DNA from: Ramazzottius varieornatus
Taxonomy: Eukaryota; Animalia; Tardigrada
Direction of reading: 5' to 3'
Length of the DNA: 64,000 nt
Assembly: GCA_001949185.1 (NCBI GenBank)
Contig: BDGG01000004.1
Coordinates: 1,637,620-1,701,619, forward strand
The translations under genes and the position numbers were made by a program. The stretch's first letter is position 1, and the number at the start of each line of letters is the position of its first letter. The notes beneath the pieces were generated by a model. The model did no database searches and was not told the DNA's origin. It was given only the letters and a program-made list of their open reading frames with translations. Positions 12,297 to 23,138 of this stretch are shown one piece after another.

Positions 12297-13570
12297 ATGT
12301 ATATGCCTCATTATCTTGACCGCAGTATTTTTATGGTTCTCACAATACTGATGTTACGCCCAGGAGCCAACGGCCAGATACCGCAATGGGGTTCCTGTCC
12401 GACGGTAAATTCAGAATTTACCCTAAGTTACAGCTCATGGAGTCGCCTTGTACGAACAATAGATCTGATTCTTGAATTTGACAGCTGGACTTTCTTCCTG
12501 CAGGTTGAAACTTTCCAAGACCTCGACATTGACAGAGTAAGAAGTTTGGCCGACACGAAATGACAAGTTTCTCTCGCGCTCGTATTTGTATGGATTCAAA
12601 CTTCTGTTTGCAGTACATGGGCAGATGGTTCCTGGTTGAGGCCTACGTCCACTTCTTCGAGCTCGGACTCTCGTGCATCACAGCCGATTATTTTCTGAGC
12701 AACTTCGCCTCGTCCCAAGCGACGAATCCCCTCGTCACTGTGAAAAACAGTGGGTTTAGTGTCATGTAAGTACTCGATCTTATTCTCCAACAGCGGACTA
12801 ATTCCTAGTACCCATAGTGCGCGGGTTTTTACAGGCACAAGGAGGAAGTTGCGTCTGATGGTACCGCGTACCTCGCCGAAGCCGGCATACTCTCGAAATG
12901 GAAACTACACTTCCCAAATGGTACCTTTTTCCTTAGTCTATTGTGGGATTCACTGTCCATCACGTATGTTTAACACTTCACGCCGTAGTGACCGGTCCAG
13001 GTACCACAGCTACGGATGCCAATTATTGGGTGAGTATCGGTGATCGTTTTATGTTCGGTAATGAGAGGAACAGTCAGCATAACCAAACTGCTTACGTTTG
13101 GCATAGATATTGGACACCGACTACGATAGCCATGCCATAGTCTGGAGCTGCGTTCAGATGGAAATATTCGGTGCGTCCTTTATCAACGCGCAGATGCTGT
13201 GGCTACTGGGTCGTGCACCTGTATTACCCAAAACAACAATAAAAACACTGAAAGAGCGGTATGGGTCAATGGTTTGAAATCTTTTTGAGCAATGCACTGC
13301 GCGGAACTATGCACAGCTATTTTTAGGATAAAGTCACTGGGATTGAACCCTGGCCATCTGATGAAACATGACCAAGAAAACTGCCCACTGAAGACACCCA
13401 GCTTTACCTCACATCAGAGAACGAGCCGGCAAGGGTACGGATGGAACGTAGATGGTTCGATGTCGCGCTTTCCTTTGTCTATCCAGGTTGACAAATACCC
13501 TCCGAACTTGTTCAGTGCGAACTTCCTCAAAGAAGTACAGTACGGAAAACTCCGAAGACGCACACTATAG
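12297..13570 (+). CDS. APOD: Apolipoprotein D-like lipocalin 1, with C-terminal extension
   Basis: Signal peptide, GSCP, YMGRWF (SCR1), CITADY, YWILDTDYDSHAIVWSC (SCR2), LWLLGR (SCR3), DQENC. Confidence 0.88.
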
Positions 13571-13674
13571 GATAATAAAACCCGCGTCGATAAGATTCAC
13601 AAATGGGTCGTCGTCAACTGGTGAATTTCTAAAAACGAGCATTTCCCCCTTACATTTGTGGCAAACCAATCGAA

Positions 13675-14805
13675 CTAACGGTTCTGAAGAAACAACGTCA
13701 TCACTCCGTTGAACAAGTGCGCGTGTGTGAGATGCGGATCGTGACCTGCGTCCGATATCGTCCATAAACTGAGACAGAAACTGCGTATCCACCATAATAT
13801 TAATAACAAGTTAGTGCGCCGAAACTACCCGCAACATACTCGCCGGAAACCAAATGGGCTGCTAGATGATAGGCGTGGTGAAGGGGGACCGCTGTGTCGT
13901 TTTTCCCGTGGACAATTAGAACTGGCGCCGTTATTAGCTTTAGCTCTTCTTTACATATATCCCCGCCGCGTTCCTTGTAGATTAAGGCCATGGTATCGCA
14001 CCACTTGTTCCAAAGTTCCAAGAATCCAGCCTGACCATACGAAGATACCATCAAGTTTCTTCCTTGCGGATCCCACGTGTTGATGTCCCTCAGTTCTATG
14101 CGGAGAAGGGTTAGGAGCCCAGGTCAACGATGTCACATCGGCATGACTCGTGACAAATCCGAACTCTTACCTTCGTATATTCTGATATCGGTGGAATCCA
14201 GAAAAGCGTTGCCACCGACTGCGATGACTTTATACACCATCTCTGGATATTTAGCGGCAATCAGAAACGCAGTATTGGCGCCATCGCTGTATCCCAAGAT
14301 GGAGAAGCGTGTCGATCCGATGTGCTGTAATCACAGCGAACAGACAGCACTGGTTCGGAACAGCAGAATCCAGTACCGCCTCTCAAGAATCCCAAAAAGA
14401 GTACCTTCATGAGGGCGACGACTACTTCCGCGTCCCTCTCCAGCATATCGAGAGTCCAGGATCTCTGTAAGAGTGCCGGATCGGCATGTCCGTAACCAGG
14501 TGGATCCCAGCTCACCAAAGTGTATGCACTAGGGTCCAGATAATCAAACTGTGCGAGAAAATCGGTTTCTTTCGTACCTATAGCATAAAAATTCCCGTAA
14601 CACGAATAGGCAGATGGTGCTAGTACGCATACCAACCATGCCGACATAATTATACGTTGGCCAGTGGTCACTTACCTAATGCTCCCGGTAACATCAATAG
14701 GACGGTATTACCACTTCCCGACACCTGATAACGAACATAGCCGCTTTCGCCGTGATGGAAGAGTCTCTCTTCGGGACCCATTGTTACGTTCCATGAAGAT
14801 GCCAT
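13675..14805 (-). CDS. BPHL: Valacyclovir hydrolase / BPHL-like alpha/beta hydrolase
   Basis: LLMLPGALG, TDF, WDPPGYG, GYSDG nucleophile elbow, PVLIVHGKND, last exon DAGHDPHL. Confidence 0.88.
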
Positions 14806-14993
14806 CCACGCTGTCTAAAATTTCGTAGAAGACTGGATTCTGGAAAAAGCCAATTATTTTAGCCAAACGAAATTATTGACAATTCTCTATTGCGACTTTG
14901 CGATTCCCAAGTCTCAACATACTAAGGGCCAGTCCTCCGGTATAGCACTAATCGACCTGGGGCTGAATGTCGGCCCCCCCGTGATATGACCAT

Positions 14994-15430
14994 TCGATAG
15001 ATCGCGACGAGATCTATCGAACTGCATCAGCCGTTTTTGCAACAAGGACATCCCCTGGTAAAGGCTGGTGACCGCAACGTTAATTAAGTGTTCTAATCAG
15101 GAAAAATTGGCGCTGTCCGTTTCAAAACTCAATACACAACATTATAATTCTTGCATTATTGTCTGTTGGAAATATTTTATGGGGGGGTGGGGGGTGGTTT
15201 GGGGGGCTTTGGCTTAGGCGGGGGTAGCACGCGTAAGAACAGAGCTGGAGGCGAGCAAAGCGAGCTCCAGCCCTGTTCTTACGCTTTGTTACCCCTGCAC
15301 TAAAGGTCCCCATTGCGAAAACGGCTGATGCTGTTCGATAGATCTCGTCGAGTTCCTCCCACACAGAGGGCGAAATTCTCCCCCGCGGGGGTCATATCTT
15401 ACCAGACCTGCACTAGCGGTTACTCTTAGG
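14994..15430. repeat. MITE-like foldback remnant with a G-rich core
   Basis: 37-bp inverted repeat 15005-15041 / 15314-15350 (35/37); G-tracts at 15180-15225; ACCGCTAGTGCAGGT shared in inverse with 21054-21068. Confidence 0.6.
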
Positions 15431-17849
15431 ATGCCACGTCTGATATCGTTTATCGAAAGAAAAATTGATTTAGTTAAAATTTTTTGTAATTAGAAAATGG
15501 CTTTGTTGTTTTATGTTCGTGCAACAATTAATTTTCATCGCTGATGTGTCATGCTTTTGTCTCACAGCCGTTATCCAAGATTTTCCGTTTGCCCGGCTCT
15601 ACAGGGCCAGCCTGACAAGCCGGTCACGCCCATTGCGAATGTGAAACAATACACTTTCGAAACATTGGGGTACTACTAGACGGGGGCGCACGGAGCTCCC
15701 GAGGATGGGTAAGGCTGAATAAATCGTGTTTTCGAGCTTCGAGGCCGGCAAAAATCGCGACCAAGCCTCAGGAGGATCGCGAAATCCGAAATTAATGTAT
15801 GGAAAAATTGAACAGAAACCTATGTGTTTTTGTGTAAAACGTTGCATAAAACTTTCCATTCGGTATTGATGTAAGAAGCTTTAATTTGAACCGAGCGTAG
15901 AAAGCTGTAAAATTGTCAGAAGAACGTCCAGAAACTGCTCAAAAGCGCTCGAAAACGTGAAAATCTTCGACAGCTTCGACCGGCCTCACGAAACTTCTGT
16001 TTTTCCTTCCCCTTTCACAGCGAAATCTCAGCCACTCCAGGCTGAAAATCTGGGCAAGGGTGGCTGGGTCTCGTCAGCCCTATGGGTCAACGCGCCCGTG
16101 CTACTAAAGCTGTTGTTGCCGCCGATACAGTGTGAGGCTATTACGTAATGCTCGCAGAGCTTACTAATACAACCTTGCATGCGACTTGATACCCCATGTT
16201 ATCTCATGTCAAACCACTTCAGGTGGTCTAACATGGAGTTTTCGGGCACGAGCTGTCGTTGCGGAGCTGGTATGGTTCGTAATTTTGTGTTTAAACCCCT
16301 CTGCTGGGCTTTGGCCAGTGAAGGGCAAAGTACAAAATTAGTGGAGATAAACTTGTGAATGGAATGTGACTGAGGAGAAGCGAAAGTAGGTCGCAAAAGA
16401 AGGAGATAGAGCTACAGCATTGTATTCTGAGTCACAGGGAGTAATTCAATTGTTGGGAACTTGGGATACGCGCTGCCATCATGGTCTAATGTTCAAACCA
16501 AACCACATAAACCACCGGTCTGAACCGGTTTGCGAACAACTTCTCGTCAATACTAGACATTAAATTCTGCCTTGTTTTTCCTCAATTGACGATACCAATC
16601 GACGGAGGTGACCATCAAGGAGTTCGACGAGGAGAGAAAATTGAGACACAATTGCTGGTTTCTCTGAGAACAGGCACGAACAGGCAGAAATGGCGCGTGC
16701 TGGAACCGGAAAAACACCATAGCAAGGTTATAACAACCCAAAAATTTGTTTCAGAAAGTCGGAAAATTATGAGATGAGTCATTTCTACTACGTCTCGACC
16801 AACCTCGTTGTCAACCACGTCGGCTTTGTGAACGCATCGGGGTAGACAACCAGAATAGCCAACCATCTCCATGATGGAGTGCCCCCCAGAACTACTAGCC
16901 AAAAGAAGCTAGTGGGTTTCAACTCAACTTTCCATTTCCTCGTCCAGCTTCCGGCTTGCGACCTTGACCATTTTGAGAGATAAATTTCCCTGTCAGTGGC
17001 TATTCCTGAAAGCGTTTACTGTTAGAATACGGATAATTCTTGGTTGCGTTTGGTGTGGAGAAAGCGAAAGACGCATGGGATATGAATGTGTCAACGTCAT
17101 CTAGCAAGAAGGACTTCCGAAGTTTCGATGTTCTACTGTTGTCTCAGAGTTTCCTTCCTTGACCGTCAGCCTCCAAAACCTTCCCGGCATCTTTGGACTG
17201 TCTTCTGGAAGTCGAATAAAGACAGTCCAGCTATGGAAAGTATTCGAACGTGAAGGGAACGCACAGTGGGAATATCGAAAAAATTACGGCAGTCAATGGG
17301 TAGCCAACCCAGTTCAATAATAAGTTTTCGAACGCTAGTTGATCAAAATCAGGTAAGTTGCTGCCTGGTTGCTCATAATTGCGTCTGTCACACCAACTAG
17401 CTTTTCTGAGTGTTCAGAAAGTCTACGTGGTTCTTCATAACGACCTCGTCACATATAACGACCTCGTCACAGTCGACTAAGGCCGTGTTAATTTAGTGGT
17501 AGACTACTAGATCGTTATGAGGGTTATGATGAACCAACGTTCATAAAGGCGATTATGTTCAACCCAGCAGTGGGTTACTCATAACAACACAAAAATCGTT
17601 CACAAAGTCCAAAAATTATGCGATGTGTCATTTGAAACCCGTTTCATCTAACCTCGTCGCCGACTACGTCGACTTTGTGAACGCGTCAGGGTAGGCAACC
17701 GGCGTAGCTAACCAACTCCATTACAAAGTGCCTACCAGAGCTACCAGCCAAAAAAGGCTAGTAGCTTTCTACTTAGCACTGGAGAGTGCTACTGATCATG
17801 CGTTTTATCTCTCCACCGGGTTTTCATTTTTCTCCTTATCTCTTCCGAT

Positions 17850-19018
17850 GTGAAGATGGAGCTTCTGAATGATCAGATTGATCCAGTCAGGGTTACTGTG
17901 ATGATCTTGGCATCATCTCTTCGTCCGCCCGAGCCCGATACTCGCAATGCGCTGTCCGATAGCCAGACTTTCGCCGCAGCAGAACTAGCCTGTATGATCC
18001 TTAACAATTGCGCTGTGGCATCTTCCTCACTTTCCCCACTCAACCATAATCTATATGTCCGCGAAGTTCGAGCGTACGGTCTACTAAGATCCCGGGAGAT
18101 CTTCAGCAGAGATGCTGACATGAAGAAGGTGTTCGGCGTGAAGAGACAAACCTTCTCCAGAATACTGCGCCATGTGCGCACTCGCCTGCAAACGGGAAAA
18201 GACTCTCCTTTCGGTCGTCCCAAATTCTCTGCTAAACTTCAACTTGCTTGTGGACTCCACTACTTGTCAAAGGGTGTCTTCTATAGTGTTTGTCTAGGTA
18301 CGTTCGGAATCGGAAAGTCGACCGCCCATAAATACGTCAATAAATTTATCCTCGCTGTTAAACATACGTACCCGAACGTCATCCGGATTCCTTCCTGCGC
18401 CAAACTTGATACGATGGTACAAAGGACGATGAACAAGTTCCGGAGGTTCCCCGAAGTTCAAGGAACTGGTCGGGTATTGGGAGCTGTTGATGGAACCCAT
18501 ATCAACTGCCCCGCCCCGGACAACAAGAGAGAAGAATACATTAATCGCCGCCGGAAGTACAGCTTGAACGTGCAAGGCCTTGTCTATCCTGACTGGTATG
18601 TTTCACTTTTGTCTATCTTTCTGTGATTTCATCTGGTGTGAACGTGTACGATGCCTATCCTATCTCCATCAAGGTAATTACACTCTACACGAACCGCGAT
18701 GAGCTGTCTGAACAGCATTTAAGGCGCGACGAAATTCATTCCAGTATAAGAATGGTGGTGGAAAGAGCCTTCAGTGTTCTCAAACAGCGCTTTTGAGTTC
18801 TGAGATATGTGGAATCCACTAGCCTCGATAAGATCAAGCATATTATTCTTTGTTGCATGATTCTGCACAACTTGTGCATCGATATGGACGATCACACTGA
18901 AGTCCAGCTTAACGTAGAATTATTGGATGAAGCTATTCTTGAACCGGATGAAGCCGCTGACAAGAGAGAAATCCAAGAAAAGTTTTTTGGAAACTTGATG
19001 GGAGACAATATGTCCTAG
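17850..19018 (+). pseudogene. Harbinger (HARBI1-like) DDE transposase, damaged
   Basis: FGIGKSTAH HTH, GAVDGTHI, YINRRRKYSLNVQ, RMVVERAFSVLKQRF followed by an in-frame TGA, CCMILHNLC; the middle of the catalytic domain appears deleted. Confidence 0.85.
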
Positions 19019-19033
19019 CTTTTGAACAATTCT

Positions 19034-19900
19034 CTAGGCTATTCTAGCGGTTCTGGAATAAAGAGGCGAAAGTAGCAAAAGAGTCACCAATTTTCTTTGG
19101 CGAATGGCAACCACACTTTGCTTGTTTTGCTCCACCAGCTTCTCTTGGTTACCAGCTTCTCTTGCTTCTTGACCAGGGTCGTTCATCTCGTCATTACCGA
19201 AGTCGCGTAGAGCCGTCGTATCTTTTTCACCTACAAAAGAAAACGAATGACAAGCCGGGTAAGTGGAAACTAGATAACAACAAAGCAAGCGGGGCTCCCT
19301 CCACCAACACGGTGGATCGATTTCCCCAGTGGCGTGCGCGTCCGGCTAATAACACTGATAGAGTGCGACACTTTGCAAACCATCATTCTAAATAATGAGT
19401 AACCAACTTTACCTCCAATGTTCGTCAGCCCCTCGAGCGTGATGTCATCCCTGTCGCCCATTTCCGCGTCAATCTGGCCAAGAAGAATGGCCAAGTAATC
19501 TTCCCAGCTCCGGTCCGCGCTGCGGCTTTCTTCCTGGCGCGGTAGGTCTTGTCCAGATTACGCCATTTCTCGCGGACTTGCGCGGCTGTTTTGTCGAAAT
19601 CAGGGAACGCTTCGACTATGGCTGCTTTCATCTTCTTCCAGTAGATAATCTGTGAACCACAAACGAGGAAGTCCTCCTTCATCTCTTTCAGACGAAGGTT
19701 AATCAAACACCTAGTGAAACAATAATTATGGACTCCATGTGGAAGATTATCTCGACGAAAGGCACAGTTTATACTTTCATCAGTCACAAAACACACCTGG
19801 TCTGCGCCGGGGTGAATGGATTCCTCTCCACATCTTCTAGTTCCACGGCAGCACGTCCACGTTTTCGAGATATGATAAGAGAAAAACCGAGACGAGAGCA
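19034..19900 (-). pseudogene. Harbinger accessory Myb/SANT-like (trihelix) DNA-binding protein
   Basis: YWKKMKAAI...KTAAQVREKWRNLDKTYRARKK...TGAGKITWPFF. Confidence 0.75.
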
Positions 19901-21861
19901 AGAAGGAAAGCAATCCGTCTTGTTGAGACGATAAGAGAGAAATGGCGCGAATAGGAATCGCAAATGAGAAGCAAAGCTCGAATGTAACTAGCGAGGTTGC
20001 AATTGCTGGTTGATCGGATTTTCCACCGTATTTTGTGAACGCTGGTTCGTCGCAATATTTCGGTTTACTGTGGGGTTGACTGAAATTTCGCCTACCACAC
20101 CAACTAGCTTTTTCAAGCGTTCAGAAAGTCTACGTAGTTTTTCATAACGACCTCGTCACTCACAACGACCCAGTCGAGAAAATGTACACGGCCTGAATGT
20201 ACCCGGCCTCGTATTCGGATAAGTTTTTTATCCCTCCGTGTATCCATCCGTTTAACCGTTTATCCATCCATTAACAACCCTATCCGATATGACGTGTTCA
20301 ATTTCAATTAGAACTACGATTAGTCAAAATTCCTCGCGCAGCAGCAAATTGATTTGCAGATGCCTGGTTCTGGTTGAATTATCAGTTACGCTCGATTGAA
20401 ATATGCCTTTCGACTACAATTGTAAAATTAAAATATTATTTAAATGATTGCCATGGTGTTTTGTAGTTTCAGTTCCCATCAAACTGACATTTTAAATGAT
20501 TGCCACTGACATTTCTGTTCGGTACCCCGCGTGTGATGGGTAAGCGTGTGGAATGATCCAGTGGTACTTCGCAGACTACGCCATTCCCGAGGTATCCAGT
20601 ACGGATGGCTACCGTCAGCACGGACTGTTATGCATTGTGGAGCCGTGAGAACAATTTCCACGAGGAACTTCCATGAGCCATCAAGGCAGCACAGGGTCGG
20701 TCACGGGTGAATGTCAGGCCAGTAGCAGCTGAATGAGCCACGTGGCAGCCAGACCAGTGCGTAGGTATTCAGGGCAAGCCAGTGCTGAACTGCATTGACC
20801 GGCCTTGGCTCCTTGTATGATGAGTCAAGCAAAGCAGCACAAAGCTAATGAGGCCAGCTCGAGCCCCGCTCGAACTAGACTTTCGCGTTTTTCGCTCGAA
20901 ATTAGTATTCATGCTTTATGGTATATCAATTTTATCAAAGGCACCCTGTATTAATTTCTGGCACCTTTTCCACCCTGTCAAAGGCACCTTCATCGTCTGG
21001 GGTGGAAAGGTGCAAAATCCTATATCAGAGAGGCTCTAAGGTGGACAAAAGGCACCGCTAGTGCAGGTGTGCTAAGGGTCTTCAAAGATTAAGAGCTTAT
21101 ATAATAAGGTTCGCTCGGTGGTGTAATTAGCCTGTTCTTTTTGGTGAATCCGCCCTCTATTTGATTCAAGCAATCAAACCCTAGAGATAATCACGATACT
21201 TTGAACGGTCTACTTCAGACTTTGAAGCCTCGAACGTGTAATTTTTCAACATTCAGCTTTCTATTTTGAACTTCACGAATTTCTGCTCGCACAACGCACT
21301 TCTTGATTTCCTTGCGAACATGCCTCAGCTGAAGGAAAGAACCCTTATACTCAGGAAGATCCAGTCATCTCTATGAGAACCAGTTCGGGTATGATTGCCA
21401 GCCACTTTGAACGAGGCTTCTGCCTCTTATAAAAGACGTTACTGTATACTCTCCCGAACTTCACGTACGTCACTCCATTCCGGGTGTAAAACTAGACGGT
21501 AAGACCCCAATGATTTGAGAGTCAGTGACTTACGGGAATTTCGGGAGAGCCTACAGTATCTACTTGTTGAAAAGGCTTTTCGTCTCATGTTCTAGTTCAC
21601 GGCTAGATAAACACTTCAGGGTTCGTCCACTTGCCGAATAAACTGAAACCGACACGAGACAACTCCATCCTGCGATTCAGATTCTTGAGAAAAGGGTAGG
21701 GGTTTTGTTTGCGGCATGGTATCGAAGAACATAAAAAGAAGGGCAGATATATATACATAATACTAAAGAACAGAAATCGAGCACTTGCCTAAAACTACAT
21801 CTGCTCGCTGTACGGTGGCAAAGCGGGCCTCTCAAAGTCAGGAGATTAGGGGACTCTGTGA

Positions 21862-22614
21862 TTGGTCCGTTTTGTTTATGGGTGTATCCACCAGAGCAGA
21901 CAGGATAATTATACCACCAGACTGACCAGACCCAGGTCTGTCATTGAAGGCCCTTAGTAAGGGCTGTTTGGTTGACTCGCTTGATCGGTGGCCACCGTTC
22001 GCGTCCCAGACGCATGACGTCACGACGTGGTTGCAGGTGAGTCAGCTGTCTTACCCAGCGTGCTGCGTTGGACGGGTGATTTACACAGCGAATTATTAAA
22101 AACACAGATCCACTTCACAACCTCAAATACGGCCAAGCTCAGGCTGTCAGACCACAAATCAGTAAGGGCTTACAAAGACCAAGCTGGCTTGGTGGTATAA
22201 GTACACCAGCTACTTTGGTGGACACGCCCATAAAATTTTTTTGACCAGTTAGGAAAGCGGTGTAACGGCTTGCTTTGAAAGCCCCGCACTGCAGGTAAGT
22301 ACGACCGGAGGATTATGAGATCTTTGATGTCGGAGGAACCACCATACACTCACCAGTAAGACGAGTAGCGAGAAACTTCGTCATGGAAGTGAGATCTGAA
22401 GGTTTGGAGGGGAGCACAGCGCACTCGGGATGTTGGTTGCATCTGGTGTAATTACGAGTCGCTCCGGAACGACTCGTAATTACACCGAAAGTGTAATGTC
22501 TTGTGGAATGAATAGGCCAATCGCAAGAGTGTGGGTGGAGCCAATTACACTAGCGTTGTAATTTCACCAGCGGTGTAATTTACCTTTGTAAGCCCTTAAT
22601 ATTTTCGTGGTCTG
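21862..22614. repeat. MITE-like inverted-repeat cluster
   Basis: TAAGGGCTTACAAAG (22163-22177) inverse at 22584-22598; 21862-21960 is a diverged inverse of 22160-22250; perfect 17-bp stem at 22445-22486. Confidence 0.7.
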
Positions 22615-23138
22615 AAAAAAGCGCGTCCAGTGTTGGTCGAACACCAGTTCTATGGTTTATATAGGTGGAAGTTTTGCAGTCGTGACCGATTTTCTCTTGC
22701 AAGTTATTTTCTGGCAGCTCGTACGCGACAGTTGTGTGAATATCGATATTAGGCTGCATAAATCACCCGTTCATCGCTCGTTTGGTTTTGCGACTTCCTT
22801 CATTTGTCGGATTTTGTCAAAATCCAGAGCAATCCCGTCCATATAGGTTTTGTACATCAAAGATCGTTTTGTGTCATGTTTCGTAGGAAAGTTAGCCTAG
22901 TGTTAAGTCGACCCGTCTGATTTCATTGCTCCCTCAGCTGCTAAGAAACACTGCGGACATCTGACTGACCGAAGACGTATGCTAGACTTCCATCGACTGT
23001 GAGTGCGTCCGTACGCGTTCTTCCCACTGTCCTTACTACATTCTGCCGAGGGATCAATCCTAGTGGATCAAATCCGAAGCTGCTGTTAATTGCGGTACTC
23101 CGTTCTTCCTCTCGGTGTAACTAGTGGAACATCAGACC

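Larger units (their letters stand above)
17481..20193. mobile_element. PIF/Harbinger DNA transposon
   Basis: TIR GGCCGTGT...ACACGGCC, 3-bp flanks TAA / TGA, convergent transposase and Myb/SANT genes. Confidence 0.88.
16323..20208. mobile_element. Older non-autonomous Harbinger relative, interrupted by the inner element; left end approximate
   Basis: 16730-16930 resembles 17581-17780 and 17391-17470 resembles 20098-20175 (direct repeats); residual terminus ATGTACCCGGCC at 20197-20208. Confidence 0.6.

Noticed and set aside
15598-16085. Possible MITE with weak terminal inverted similarity
   Set aside because: Match too degenerate to define TIR or TSD by eye
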